Source: an uncultured virus (IMG/VR IMGVR_UViG_2648501187_000001) (lineage: Duplodnaviria > Heunggongvirae > Uroviricota > Caudoviricetes). From it: a stretch of 64,000 bases of DNA. Position numbers and translations under genes: made by a program. Below, one piece after another: positions 39,345 to 49,694 of the stretch. Under the pieces are notes generated by a model. That model saw only the letters and a list, made by a program, of their open reading frames with translations, did not search any database and was not told the DNA's origin. The stretch is from the IMG/VR virus record IMGVR_UViG_2648501187_000001; one strand, 5' to 3'. Each line of letters opens with the position of its first letter. The stretch's first letter is position 1.

Positions 39345-39620
39345 ATGATGAACGACTATCGGCTGCGCTGGCTGGACGGGTTCCCCGAATACGAGTCCGA
39401 CGGGGGCGGGCCGGCGTATGCCACCGGCCGCATCGTATGGCCGCTCCTCCTGGAACGGCGCGCCTTGGACGGCGAATGGGAGCCGGTGGGGCGCAGGATC
39501 GTCGTCTCCGGCAACCTCAACGAGATCGTGACCGCCGACTGGTGGCGTGGCATGGAACGCGGCCTGTGCGCCGAACACGGGGTCGACGCGGACCGTCTGC
39601 CGGTCCCCCGGCGTCCCTGA
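39345..39620 (+). CDS. Hypothetical protein (probably leaderless)
   Basis: ATG lies 8 nt after GACGCATAC. Divergent from 39258. Confidence 0.65.
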   Translation: MMNDYRLRWLDGFPEYESDGGGPAYATGRIVWPLLLERRALDGEWEPVGRRIVVSGNLNEIVTADWWRGMERGLCAEHGVDADRLPVPRRP

Positions 39621-39638
39621 CCGTGCCGGCGGGCATGG

Positions 39639-39971
39639 GTGTCGGCCCGTCATCCTCATGCCGGGAATGTCCAGGAGGGCGGACGCCCGGTCGCCCGGGA
39701 ACACGTGGATCGATCCGGACGCGTCCGGCGCGTCGTGAAATACGTCGCGGGCCGTCGAGAACTAATCGCAAGAACGTTGTTCGTCCACTTGGATCGCAAC
39801 GAAAAAGGCGAGATGGATGTCACCGGTATTGCGGTCAATGCCAGCCGTAACTCGAACGGCAATTCGGCTTTCTACCGCACCGATGATTTTGACATGAATC
39901 CGGTAACACAAGAGGCCGTCGATCGCGTGCGTGAGATGGTCAACCAGGATTGCGCCAAATTGGTGGATTAG
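39639..39971 (+). CDS. Hypothetical protein
   Basis: Protein-like C-terminal half. Start uncertain. Confidence 0.5.
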   Translation: MSARHPHAGNVQEGGRPVAREHVDRSGRVRRVVKYVAGRRELIARTLFVHLDRNEKGEMDVTGIAVNASRNSNGNSAFYRTDDFDMNPVTQEAVDRVREMVNQDCAKLVD

Positions 39972-40000
39972 TCCGGTTTTAGCGAGAGTGCTGCCTTTGC

Positions 40001-40893
40001 CTAGTTGGTTTGATTCGGAGTCCCGGTTCCGCCGTTCCCGTTGTAGGACAGCGGGTAGGTCGCTCCGAAGCTGATGTCGTCGACCAGATTGCCGCTGCGC
40101 GTTTTCGAACCGCTCGTGTCTCCATAGGTCAACGCCCTGAACGTGAAACGGACGACAGTGACGCCGTCCGGCACCAGATACGTGCCCGTGTACGTCTCCC
40201 ATGGGTGGAATCGTCGATCCGCGGTCGCATGCGTCGTGATCGTCGTATCCGTTTCTCCGATTCGGCCGGTGCCGTTCGACGTGACGCGGGTGGCGGGGGA
40301 GACGGTCTCGTGGCCGGCGGGTCCGACGAGCACCTGCATCGAGTCGTGGTCGATCTGTCCGGCGTAGCCGCGTGGCGCGTGCTTCAGCGTCCAGCGCATC
40401 ACCTCGCCGGGTTTGGCGGACACGTCCTGGTAGATGCTGTACAGCCCGTTCTCGCTGATGATCTCGGCGAACTGCTCGCCGGTCTTCACGTCCCGTTGGA
40501 TCTCCACGCTGCCGGCGTCGAACCCGTTCTGCGCCGGGGTGTCGGATTTCCATCCGAATGCGGCCGCGTTGAACCCGCTGATGGGCAGGGACTTCGTGTC
40601 CTTGTGGTTGTCGTCCTGGAAGACGCCCCTTGTCGGGATCACGTACTTCCAGTTCGCATACCGGCTGGTGATGTAATCGGCCGGCGTGCCGTCGAGCGAC
40701 GGCGTCTCGAAGTCGCCGTTGACCAGATGGTCGGAATATGGGACGGTGGCGGCGGGCATGGCATACTCCGACGTGGATGCGGGCATGGCGGTGGATGCGG
40801 ATTGGCCGCATGCGGCCAGTGGCGCGAGCAGCACGACGGACAACGCCAGTCCGATCAGCCTAAACGCTGCGGGGGGGGGGGGACGGTGTTCAT
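40001..40893 (-). CDS. Lipoprotein with adhesin-type domain, out of frame at a C12 tract (phase OFF)
   Basis: ATG 40893, C12 gives MNTVPPPPQRLG*. C10 or C13 joins the signal peptide and lipobox LAAC. Domain VNGDF...IYQDV...DSMQVLVG...GNLVDDI. Confidence 0.85.
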
Positions 40894-40907
40894 GGTTTTT
40901 CCTTTCC

Positions 40908-41875
40908 TTATTGTTTCTGTTGTGGTGCGCCGGCGCCGCCGTTCACGTCGTAGGTGAGGCGGTAGGCGACGGTCGCGGGCACGGGCCATGCGTTCGACCC
41001 GTTCGTGTAGCCGCCCGCGTTGCTGTAGCGCATGCGGATGGAGGGGCCGGTGAACGTGGTGCCCAGGTAATGCTGCATGTTGTGCTTCGAGTCGGGGGCG
41101 GACGCGAGGAAGTCATCGCTGTCGGTGATGCCGCGCCACCCGTTCGTGCCGAAGCGTTCCATGTGGGCGTCGGCACGGACATAGGCGGCGTCGAAACCAT
41201 CCAGCAGCTCCCAGCCCTCGTTCGGACCTGAACCCGCACCCGGACCGTCCAGATCGGTGAATCCGGTCACGCCGCGAAACCCGGTGGGCGTGGACCCGTC
41301 ATCGAGTTGGAAGTCGATGGTCATGTCGAACGAGTTGCGTTGCGTGACACCGTTGTTCCAGTGGCCGATGCCGATGAAGATTCTTCCATTGGCCGACTTG
41401 TACAGGTAGCCGTCGTTGGTGTCGTTGACGGTGAGTCGAGCGTTGATCCACTGCTTCGCGCCCGTGCCGTCCGTCCACTGGCCGATGTGACGGAACGTGA
41501 CCTGTGCGCCCTTCGAGGGTTTCCAGTACACGCCGCTTTCGTTGGCGACCATGTTCGCGGTGTCGGTATGTTTTGTCCAGCCGGTCATGTCGGTCATGTC
41601 GGAAGCGGTCAGTTTCGACATATCGAAACTGAAATCACCGTACTGGGGTGGCACAGTCGGTTCCTTGATCAGGTCATGCACCGGCAGCGCCTCAGTCGCG
41701 GCCACGGAACTCGCCGTATGAGCGGCGGACACCGGCATCGGCACGGCGGAGGCAGACGAGGCAACGGCTGTTCCCGATTGGCTGGTGCAGGCGGTAAGGC
41801 CGAAACACATGGACATGATGGCTATCGCTCCGATCAGCCTAAGGGCTTGCGGGGGGGGGGGGTGATTGTTTTCAT
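40908..41875 (-). CDS. Lipoprotein, out of frame at a C12 tract (phase OFF)
   Basis: ATG 41875, C12 gives MKTITPPPRKPLG*. C10 or C13 joins the lipobox LTAC. Different body domain but the same Y-x-L-x-YDxNGG tail. Confidence 0.85.
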
Positions 41876-41888
41876 TGCTGTCTCTTTT

Positions 41889-42803
41889 CTACTTGTTTTG
41901 CGGGGCGTTTCCATTCGTGTTCCCGTTCCCGTCGTAAGAGAGCGGGTACGCCTTGGTGAAGATGATGTCGTCGAGCAGGTTGCCGTCGTGGTCGGCCGCC
42001 GAATCCACGTTCCTGAACGTGAACCGAGTGATCTTGCCGGTCGCGATGTACGTGCCCTCGTATGATTCCCATTGCCCGGTGTGGTCGGTTTCCTTGTTCC
42101 AGGATTGGGCGTTCCGATGGTTCGCGACCCTGGTGGCGATGATCTTGCCGACCGGCCCGGTCTTGTCGCCGTGCCCGTTCGACGTGACCCTGACCGCATC
42201 CTGTGCGGTCTCCTTGCCGGGTGTTCCGATCATGACGCTCATTTTGTCGAGATACGCCTCGTCGAGGCTTGCGTGTCTCAGACTCCACTTGTACATGACG
42301 CCCGGTTCGGTGGCGATGTCCTGGTAGATGGCGGTGCCGGTCTGGGCGGCGGCGAGTTCCGCATAATGGTTGCCTCCGTCATAGACGGTCCAGACCTGCA
42401 CGTCGTCGGGTTTCTCGTTGGCGAGCCCGGTGTTCCCCTGAGTGGAATGCCATGCGAATCCGGAGGCGTCGAAACCGGAGGGCAGCGCGAATCTGGGAGG
42501 ATCCGCCGGATTCGTCTTGTCCTGCGTGTCCTTGCGCGCGTAGCTGAGGTCTTTCCGGCTGATGTACACGAACAGGGAATCCCGCGCGCCCAACATACTC
42601 ATGTCGGGGTAGTCGAATCCTCCGTTGACGATATGGTCGGGCAGGTTCGTGTCCGTTCGGGCCGTGGCTGTGACCTGTGGCTGCCGGATTGCGGCGTCCA
42701 TGGCGGTCGTCGTGCCGGTGCAGGCCGTCAGTGATGCGAGCATGCTGGTGAGGGCGAGTGTGGTCAGTGTCCTACGGAACATGCGGGGGGTGATGTTTTT
42801 CAT
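41889..42803 (-). CDS. Lipoprotein with adhesin-type domain (in frame, C6 tract)
   Basis: MKNITPRM...LTAC lipobox. VNGGF...HYAEL...IYQDI...GNLLDDIIFTKAY. Confidence 0.88.
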   Translation of the reverse strand: MKNITPRMFRRTLTTLALTSMLASLTACTGTTTAMDAAIRQPQVTATARTDTNLPDHIVNGGFDYPDMSMLGARDSLFVYISRKDLSYARKDTQDKTNPADPPRFALPSGFDASGFAWHSTQGNTGLANEKPDDVQVWTVYDGGNHYAELAAAQTGTAIYQDIATEPGVMYKWSLRHASLDEAYLDKMSVMIGTPGKETAQDAVRVTSNGHGDKTGPVGKIIATRVANHRNAQSWNKETDHTGQWESYEGTYIATGKITRFTFRNVDSAADHDGNLLDDIIFTKAYPLSYDGNGNTNGNAPQNK

Positions 42804-42816
42804 TGCTGTCTTCTTT

Positions 42817-43014
42817 CTACTTGGATTGCTTCGGCGTTATGCCGCCGGTGTTCCCGCTGCCGCTGTAATTGAGTTTGTAGGCTTTGGTGAAGATGATGTT
42901 GTCAAGCAGGTTGCCGACGTTCTGGTTCTGCGATCTGAGGTTTTTGAACGTGAACACGGTGATGTCCGACGTGGCAATGTACGTGCCCCGGTATGAGTCC
43001 CACTGTCCAGCGTG
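42817..43014 (-). pseudogene. 3' remnant of a fourth lipoprotein paralog
   Basis: AGQWDSYRGTYIATSDITVFTFKNL...GNLLDNIIFTKAYKLNYSGSG...SK*, followed by a spacer like the other copies (AGACAGCAATG). Confidence 0.8.
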
Positions 43015-43531
43015 GCTCCACCGCCGCCAGGCCCCATGGGACGGCCAGGGTGGGCGTCGCGTCCACGAAATCCTGGCATACGGGACCCGCGTTGCGCTCG
43101 TATGGGCTGTCGTCCCAATCGTCTCCCGTATACCCGGGGTCCGGCCGCCCCGCCAGATACAGGCGGATCAGGCCGTGGCGGCGCCGCCGGTCGATGATGC
43201 GATACGTGCCTTTCATGTCGGGTTCCACTCCTTCGACGCCGGCCGTCCGCGCCTCTTTCCCGTTTCCCGCGTGTATCGGATGATGGGGGGCGGGGGCGAG
43301 CAGGCCCGCCGCCAGGACGATGAGCCCGATCCCGGCCCGCATGGTCGCGGGCATGGTCGCGGACGCGAGGAACACGCCCCACATGATCCACCACATGGGC
43401 GTGATCGCGAGCATGAGGGTCCTGCATCGTCTCAGGACGCGCATGTCCGGGTCGGCGCGCCGCATGCGCCGTCGTCGTCGCGTGCCGCCGCTCACCCGCA
43501 CGGGCCGCATGGTTGTCGTCTCGTCGTCCAT
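42902..43531 (-). CDS. Hypothetical membrane protein (probably fused or truncated genes)
   Basis: ATG 9 nt after GGCGCATAG. Two TM helices, then a GDDWDDSPYERNAG module running into the lipoprotein remnant. Confidence 0.5.
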   Translation of the reverse strand: MDDETTTMRPVRVSGGTRRRRRMRRADPDMRVLRRCRTLMLAITPMWWIMWGVFLASATMPATMRAGIGLIVLAAGLLAPAPHHPIHAGNGKEARTAGVEGVEPDMKGTYRIIDRRRRHGLIRLYLAGRPDPGYTGDDWDDSPYERNAGPVCQDFVDATPTLAVPWGLAAVEPRWTVGLIPGHVHCHVGHHRVHVQKPQIAEPERRQPA

Positions 43532-43540
43532 GCGCGCCGC

Positions 43541-44605
43541 CTATGCGCCCGTCATGGACGGGCCGGTGGAGAACAGGGGGATCGTCGCGTCGAGCCAGGG
43601 GCTGAGCCACGCCCATTCGGCGAACAGGATCATGGTCCAGAACAGGCTGAAGAGGATGATCCGCAATGGGACGGGTCCCGTCTGGATGCGCCAGGCGAGG
43701 GTCAGCGGGTTCCATGTGGGTTCGCTCCGGGGCCTGCCCCCATGCCATATGAACCATGCGAGGCCGGCGAGCAGGAGCCAGGCGCCGCCCGCGGCGGCGG
43801 CGAGGATGCGGCTGACGGGCATGCGCACGCTTATGCGGCGTATGACGCGGCTGGCCGCCATGCGCGCCCTGACGGCGGGTCTCGAGGTCCCGTCGGCGAG
43901 TTCGGCGGGGATCCCGTCCCCCACGTCCGACCATGATTCGAGGCGGCCTCGTATGATGAGGCGCGCGGACAGGCTGTCGGCCTCGTCGAGCGACCATTTG
44001 CAGGTGGTGAGCGTGATCGAGCGGGTGTCCCCCTGACCGGGCTGGTCGGCGACGACCGCGACGTCGTCGGGCGTGGTCATCCAGGATGACTGCACCTTGT
44101 ACACGTACCAGTGCCGGGCGGTCTGGATGACGATCGGGTCGCCGGGCTGCAATGTGTCGGCGGCCCCCAGGTCGCCGGGCGTGCGGTGTCCCGCGTACGC
44201 GCTGTTGCCTTTCCCGCCGGGCATGGGCGTGTGCCCGTAGTGGCCTATCCCCTGGTTGGCGAGCACGTCCGTGCCGGTGCCTTCCTGGATGGCGCGTTTC
44301 CAGTCGTGGCCGAACCGGGGTATCCACATCCAGCCGATGACGGCGCCGTGGCCGGGTTCGGTTTCGGCCGGCGGGTCGCCGCCCCGGGGTTCGGCGATCC
44401 GGGTCGCGTCGCCCGCATCCACGTCCTTGACGCCGTGGCGGACGGCGAGGGTCTGCTGCGTGTGGATGCCGTCGAACGCGTCCCCCCACCATACCCAGCC
44501 GACGTGGAACGCGCACAGGATGGCGAGCGTGAGGCTCAGCCCGGACACGAATTGGAGGATGCGGCGTCCCGTGCGGGCGCGTGGGCGCGTGTGCCGGCCG
44601 GTCAA
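43541..44605 (-). CDS. Class E sortase
   Basis: N-terminal TM, GIGHY...AYAGHR, TLTTC, RLIIRG, C-terminal TMs. Confidence 0.9.
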   Translation of the reverse strand: MTGRHTRPRARTGRRILQFVSGLSLTLAILCAFHVGWVWWGDAFDGIHTQQTLAVRHGVKDVDAGDATRIAEPRGGDPPAETEPGHGAVIGWMWIPRFGHDWKRAIQEGTGTDVLANQGIGHYGHTPMPGGKGNSAYAGHRTPGDLGAADTLQPGDPIVIQTARHWYVYKVQSSWMTTPDDVAVVADQPGQGDTRSITLTTCKWSLDEADSLSARLIIRGRLESWSDVGDGIPAELADGTSRPAVRARMAASRVIRRISVRMPVSRILAAAAGGAWLLLAGLAWFIWHGGRPRSEPTWNPLTLAWRIQTGPVPLRIILFSLFWTMILFAEWAWLSPWLDATIPLFSTGPSMTGA

Positions 44606-44943
44606 CGCTCCCCCTCGTCCCCATGGCGTCCGAGGGTCTGTGTGACCGCGTCGAGGATGACGAGGTCCGCGTATCCGGGCGCGTCGGGGAAGGGGAACAT
44701 GGCCTTGTAGGCGAGGTCGGGCCGGGCGACGAGGTTCCTGGCGGCGAGCCCGTCGAGGACGAGTCTGACGATCTTGCGGAACGCGGGCATCGTGTCCTTG
44801 GGGTCGAGGGGGATCATGATCCCGTTCGCCGCGTCGTATTCGCGTGCCAGCTGTTCGCGCAATCGTAGGATCTGCGGGTCGTGGCTGACGTAGTCCCAGT
44901 TCACGGCGTGCGTGTATTTGTCCCTGACCGGATCGTCGCCCAT
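44602..44943 (-). CDS. Hypothetical protein
   Basis: GGAGG SD, coupled to the sortase. Confidence 0.7.
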   Translation of the reverse strand: MGDDPVRDKYTHAVNWDYVSHDPQILRLREQLAREYDAANGIMIPLDPKDTMPAFRKIVRLVLDGLAARNLVARPDLAYKAMFPFPDAPGYADLVILDAVTQTLGRHGDEGER

Positions 44944-45241
44944 GGGCGGCCTCCCCTTCCCTTGTCCCGTGTCCGGCGCGGCCCGGCGGGCGCGTCGGAT
45001 GCTTTCGCGTGAGGGTATGCGTTCCGGTGCGTGGGGTCTGGCCGGGGTGTCGTGTGGCGTTTTTCGACCGGGTTGACGAGGCTGATGTCCCCGCGACGCG
45101 GGTGGACGATGATCTTCGTGAACTCGCGTACCGACTTCGGCGTGATGCCGGTGAAAATGATGAAGCCCACCTTGGCCGAGGTTTTCGATTAGCCGTGTTC
45201 CGGACCGTCCGGTTCTCCCCCGATGCGATTCGTGCGGCGGT

Positions 45242-45796
45242 TCACTGCTTGTGCGTCTTCCGGCACAGATCGAGCATGGGGCGCAGGTCCGGGCTGCCGC
45301 CCTCGCGTTCGATCCGCACCGTATGCGCGGCCAATGGCAGCAGCCGTTCCAGGTTCGAATCCATGGTCTTACGATTCAGGACACCGTCCCAATCGGCGGT
45401 GATGCGGCGGAACGCATTGTGGAATTGCTCCACCACGACGAACCTGTCGACATCGGAACCATACACGATCTCCGGTGTTTCCGGCATGCGCCCCGAAGCG
45501 AGCTCATAGTCCCCCGCCTGTCCGTCAAGCAGTCGGGCGAGGACGATGGCGTTGTCTTCGAACCTGTCCGCCGGCAGGCCGAGCGCCCGCATCCCGTTCG
45601 CCGCCCACTCATGGTCGACGGAGGGGAGGCGCCATGGGCAGCCGCCTCCGTTCAGGTGGAGCTCGTACCCGTATACGCCCTTCAGGACCTTCGCGGCGGT
45701 CTCCCGAGGATGGTCCTTTTGCATCCGATGCCATGCGCGTAAGGCTTCGCACAGCATCGCGTAACAGCCGTTCAGCTCCTCGTCACGGACGCCCAT
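45242..45796 (-). CDS. Hypothetical protein
   Basis: MGVRDEELNG..., GGAGG SD. Confidence 0.7.
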   Translation of the reverse strand: MGVRDEELNGCYAMLCEALRAWHRMQKDHPRETAAKVLKGVYGYELHLNGGGCPWRLPSVDHEWAANGMRALGLPADRFEDNAIVLARLLDGQAGDYELASGRMPETPEIVYGSDVDRFVVVEQFHNAFRRITADWDGVLNRKTMDSNLERLLPLAAHTVRIEREGGSPDLRPMLDLCRKTHKQ

Positions 45797-46223
45797 CGAC
45801 GGTCCCCCTCCCGTCGGATCCGGCATTCCCGCCGGCAACCAACCTGATTATCGTATCGGCCGTTTGCGCGGATTCGAGCAGCGTCTCCTCGCAATCCGCG
45901 AACTCCTCCAGCCGCTCCCAGAACATGTCCAGTTCCGGATCCGTGTCGGGTTCCGGATCGTATTCGAGATCGATGTCCTGTTCGTCGGCCGCCCGCCTCT
46001 TGCATCCCTCGAACCATTCCGTCTCCGAGGCCCATAATTCGTAGGCGAGCCGTCGAGCATCCCTGGCCGCCTTCGCGTAGGCGGCCAGGGCCTTCGCCAG
46101 TTCGGCGCGCTTGCGCCTGCTTGGCTTGAACAGCCGGTCAACCCTGTCCGCGAACCGGCGCCACTTCAGCTGATCCTCGAGGGAACCGTCGTCGGGAATG
46201 CCGGTCATGTCGAATACGCTCAC
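45783..46223 (-). CDS. Hypothetical acidic helical protein
   Basis: 146-aa coupled ORF. Confidence 0.7.
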   Translation of the reverse strand: MSVFDMTGIPDDGSLEDQLKWRRFADRVDRLFKPSRRKRAELAKALAAYAKAARDARRLAYELWASETEWFEGCKRRAADEQDIDLEYDPEPDTDPELDMFWERLEEFADCEETLLESAQTADTIIRLVAGGNAGSDGRGTVDGRP

Positions 46224-46486
46224 TTTTCCCCCGATCGTCCGGCCCCGTCGATGCTCCGTCCGAGACGGCGGATGTCATCCCGGACGTCGGCGGCCGCCAA
46301 TGAGAACGCGGCGACCGGTCCGCATATCGCGCAGACCGCGTGCAGGCCGGACGGGAGCCTCGGGACGCCGAAGCCCGGCCGGTCGCAAAGGAACGCCGCC
46401 AGCGCCGCGGCCAGGGTGACGGCGAACGCGATCGCGCCGACCGTCAGCAGGCGGCCCAATCCGATGAATCGCATCAAACCACGCAT
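46220..46486 (-). CDS. Small membrane protein
   Basis: Two hydrophobic segments, GGAGG SD. Confidence 0.55.
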   Translation of the reverse strand: MRGLMRFIGLGRLLTVGAIAFAVTLAAALAAFLCDRPGFGVPRLPSGLHAVCAICGPVAAFSLAAADVRDDIRRLGRSIDGAGRSGEK

Positions 46487-46785
46487 GAGTTCCTCCTCCC
46501 TCTTCCCATACGGGATGGGTGTTCGTATCGGATGGGCGCCAGCACGCCGGCCCGCCCCAATGCCTCGCTTAACAGGTCGTATGCGAGGAACCTCTCATAT
46601 TCGTGGAGGACGCTTGGAGGCTCGTCGTACTGGACGTGCGAGCATCCGCTCCAGCATCCGTGCAGATGCCAGTCCAACGCGGTGAACCAGCGGCCGCACG
46701 AGCATTGGGACTTGAACGGACGCTCCGGATCCGTGACGCCCGTATCCCGGTGCAGGATGAACGTGGATAGCTCAGTGGACATCAA
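46474..46785 (-). CDS. Hypothetical protein
   Basis: CSCG...H...H motif, coupled. Confidence 0.55.
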   Translation of the reverse strand: MMSTELSTFILHRDTGVTDPERPFKSQCSCGRWFTALDWHLHGCWSGCSHVQYDEPPSVLHEYERFLAYDLLSEALGRAGVLAPIRYEHPSRMGRGRRNSCVV

Positions 46786-47336
46786 TTCCTCTGTTCCTTC
46801 AACGCCTCGCGTACCGTGACCTGCGGTTTCAGAGCATTGCCCTTCCCTTCGGTGACGGTGACGTGAGGCCGGTCCAGGATGATCTGGCCGTAGACGACGT
46901 GACCATCCTTGATATAGCGGACGTCGATGGTCTGTCTATCGGATACGGATGGCCATCCACGAGAATCCGGCAACGGTTCATCGCAGGAACGGGAACCGAA
47001 GAAAGTGTCGCACTCCCCCAACCCCTGTATCCCGTACACGCGCTCCACCGTCGCGTCGAAACCGGGAGCCTGCGAAACCCCGTCCATGGACGGGAGCCAA
47101 GACAACATCAGGAACAGGCATTGGGCCACTATCATGCAGATGATGCCGGATAATACCGGTGTGGTCCCGGTGTACGAACGATCCGGCTTCGCCCCTCCCG
47201 TGAACCACGGAACCACGACCAGAACGGCGCCTGTCAGGGCGATTCCGATTATCAGTATGCTCGCCCAGAGAGGGAGCGACTGTCCCGACATCTCTTCCGC
47301 ATCAATCCAAACAGTGAAATCAGTCATTCGCCTCAT
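46782..47336 (-). CDS. Membrane protein
   Basis: Two TM helices plus a soluble C-terminal domain. Confidence 0.65.
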   Translation of the reverse strand: MRRMTDFTVWIDAEEMSGQSLPLWASILIIGIALTGAVLVVVPWFTGGAKPDRSYTGTTPVLSGIICMIVAQCLFLMLSWLPSMDGVSQAPGFDATVERVYGIQGLGECDTFFGSRSCDEPLPDSRGWPSVSDRQTIDVRYIKDGHVVYGQIILDRPHVTVTEGKGNALKPQVTVREALKEQRN

Positions 47337-47626
47337 CCCCCGTCATCGATGCGCCTGCCGGTTCCTCGCCATGCGCAGCTCACCTCCATCCAGACGAGCC
47401 CATGCTCGTCCACGATCGTCCTGAACTCGTCCACCCGCCACCGGAACGCGGCTGAATCGACCTTGAACGTCTCGCGACCGCCGTCACGCAATGGTTCGAA
47501 CAGTCGGTCGGCTTCGGCGCGCGTGGCGAAGCCGACCGGCCATGGAATCCACCGGCCGGGATAATCGGCTAGCCGGCGGGCCAGTTCCTCGTATCGCCTA
47601 TCGTCCATCGGTCTTCTTCTTGTCAT
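47333..47626 (-). CDS. Hypothetical protein
   Basis: Coupled ORF. Confidence 0.6.
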   Translation of the reverse strand: MTRRRPMDDRRYEELARRLADYPGRWIPWPVGFATRAEADRLFEPLRDGGRETFKVDSAAFRWRVDEFRTIVDEHGLVWMEVSCAWRGTGRRIDDGG

Positions 47627-47918
47627 TTGGCTTGTGGTCGCGGACGATGAGGATCATCCAGCCGAAGCACGGGAGCATCCGGTATTCGCCGTACCGGGTC
47701 AGGGCGGCCGCCAGGCGTTCCGCGCCGGGGCGGGTGGTCCATTCCTTTGAGACCTCGTCGTAGTCCTCGGCGATCCAACCCTTCTTCAGCAGCCCGTAAT
47801 GCGCCTTCTTCCACGCCCGGCTGACGATCGCGGCGAACAGGCTGCCGGCCAGCCAGAGCAATAGGATTCCCAATACGATCATGAACGGGGTGGCCACGCC
47901 CAGCCAGTAGCCGGACAT
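47598..47918 (-). CDS. Small membrane protein
   Basis: MSGYWLGV..., N-terminal TM. Confidence 0.6.
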   Translation of the reverse strand: MSGYWLGVATPFMIVLGILLLWLAGSLFAAIVSRAWKKAHYGLLKKGWIAEDYDEVSKEWTTRPGAERLAAALTRYGEYRMLPCFGWMILIVRDHKPNDKKKTDGR

Positions 47919-48211
47919 CAGACGCGCCCCAGCCGGTGCAGGGCCTCGGCGGCGTGGATGCGCGCCTGTTCGCCGCCCGCTCCCCCACTGGCGTTCATAG
48001 CCGTCTCGTTTTCGGCCGGCGTGGCGAACGTCGCGGGCTCGTCCCGGCATACCAGGCGGGCGAACGCCCTCGCCTCCCCGTCCGACAGCACGACCCGGCC
48101 CTCCGACCCCTCGCGCATGCCGGCGACCGTCCACAGGCCGGACTTCGGATCGCGCCACGCGCGCCCCCATTCGCCGAGGAAATGATATCCCTCCGGAACA
48201 TGCAGACCCAT
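47918..48211 (-). CDS. Hypothetical protein
   Basis: AAGGAGG SD, with the promoter-like motif upstream. Confidence 0.65.
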   Translation of the reverse strand: MGLHVPEGYHFLGEWGRAWRDPKSGLWTVAGMREGSEGRVVLSDGEARAFARLVCRDEPATFATPAENETAMNASGGAGGEQARIHAAEALHRLGRV

Positions 48212-48323
48212 GCGGACCCCTCCTTATTCGAAACGACGATTCCCGGTCGGCGAAGGGTATGCGTCACGTCGGCTCCGACCGTCTCCGTGGCGCGGCCGTG
48301 CGGATCGGGACGATCCCACGCGG

Positions 48324-48632
48324 TCAGCGCGCGAGGCCCCGCATCCGGACGGCGGCGTCGATGCGACGGCGCCGCATGTTCCGGCGCGCCAGATCGCGCC
48401 GTTCCTCCGGGGTCATGCCGCCCCAAATCCCGTACTGTTCGCCCGTCTCCAACGCCTGGCGGAGGCATTCGGCCCGCACCGGGCAGGACAGGCACGCCTG
48501 TTTCGCGATCTCGGTCATCTCACGCGCGTACGCCCCGTCTCCGACCGGGTAGAAGATGTCGGGCTCCAGCCGCGAGCATGCGGCGCGCCCCCTCCAGTCG
48601 GACCCTTTCATGCCGTGCCCCCTCCCGGTCAC
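48324..48632 (-). CDS. whiB: WhiB-family Fe-S transcription factor
   Basis: DWRGRAAC...IFYP...AKQACLSCPVRAECL...YGIWGGMTPEERR (4 Cys plus GIWGG). Confidence 0.93.
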   Translation of the reverse strand: MTGRGHGMKGSDWRGRAACSRLEPDIFYPVGDGAYAREMTEIAKQACLSCPVRAECLRQALETGEQYGIWGGMTPEERRDLARRNMRRRRIDAAVRMRGLAR

Positions 48633-48811
48633 CGGCGCACGGCCGGTTCGATGAATTCGAGACGGGGCACGGGGCCGCGCGTCCTGTCACGGACCATGCG
48701 GATCGCCGTGGCGACCGTCCGCCATGGCAGGCCGGTCCTCGCCGTCAGTTCGGTGGCGCTCATGCCCGCCCTGTGCGCCTCGGCCAGGCGTTCCAACTGC
48801 TCCTCGTTCAA
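48629..48811 (-). CDS. Small HTH-like protein
   Basis: GMSATELTARTGLPWRTVATAI, coupled to whiB. Confidence 0.55.
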   Translation of the reverse strand: MNEEQLERLAEAHRAGMSATELTARTGLPWRTVATAIRMVRDRTRGPVPRLEFIEPAVRR

Positions 48812-49266
48812 GCGATCTCCTCCAACAGTGCGGGCGCGGCCTTGGCGCGCGCCATCCAATCGTCTATCACCGTGTCCTCGGGCACGCCTTTGACACGCCG
48901 GTAAGAGACGGCGAGCCCGCCGTCATGCTCCGCGGCGTCCAGGATCACGCCGACGGGTATGCCGTCGGCGACGAGGATGTCGCGGGCCACGCCCTTCAAA
49001 TCATGGCGTGCAAGGTTCCTCACGGCCATATGGGCGCGCTCGTCGCGGTACAGGGCGAGCAGGCCGGCCGGATCGGGACCGCTCATGCCGTCGTCGCGCT
49101 TCCATGAGCCGTCGTTGAGGACGCGCGTGGTGGGTGCGCCCGACACGACGACCATGCAACGCGAACCGTAGACGGACGCCTCCCTCACGTCCGCCCGGTA
49201 GCCGAGACGGTTCAACGCGGGCAGGAGGCTCGCGTAGGAGGCGGACAGTCGTGACGGGCGCATCAT
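48808..49266 (-). CDS. Hypothetical protein
   Basis: MMRPSRL..., GGAGG SD. Confidence 0.6.
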   Translation of the reverse strand: MMRPSRLSASYASLLPALNRLGYRADVREASVYGSRCMVVVSGAPTTRVLNDGSWKRDDGMSGPDPAGLLALYRDERAHMAVRNLARHDLKGVARDILVADGIPVGVILDAAEHDGGLAVSYRRVKGVPEDTVIDDWMARAKAAPALLEEIA

Positions 49267-49487
49267 CGGCCGTCCTCCCCCATGCGGCGCATGTGGATCG
49301 CGCACCAGTGGACGGCCAGCAGCAGGCCGCAGCAGGCGAACAGTACGGACGAGACGGCCATGAGCCATCCATGGGTCTGCCACATGAGCATGCCGCCCGC
49401 CACGCACAGTATGACGAGCACCAGATCCGCCATGTGTTCGAATTCGCTTTCCAAGGCCGTCCCCCGTCCCGTATCGCACGTTTCCAT
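49263..49487 (-). CDS. Small membrane protein (probably leaderless)
   Basis: ATG lies 7 nt after GACGCATAC. Two TM helices. Confidence 0.6.
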   Translation of the reverse strand: METCDTGRGTALESEFEHMADLVLVILCVAGGMLMWQTHGWLMAVSSVLFACCGLLLAVHWCAIHMRRMGEDGR

Positions 49488-49694
49488 GCCCCGCGTATGC
49501 GTCCCCGGTCAGCGCCCGTCCGGCCGCATGCGATCGCCCCGACGGGCGGCCATGCACAGGGATGCGGTGAAGAAGCCCGCGGCGAACCCCGCGAACAGGC
49601 ATATGACGGCGATCATGATGATGCTCCTTTCGTTTTCTCCGGATGCGCGTGCCGCTATGCGGACAAGGCAGGCCCATGCCCTCAGGCATGGGAG

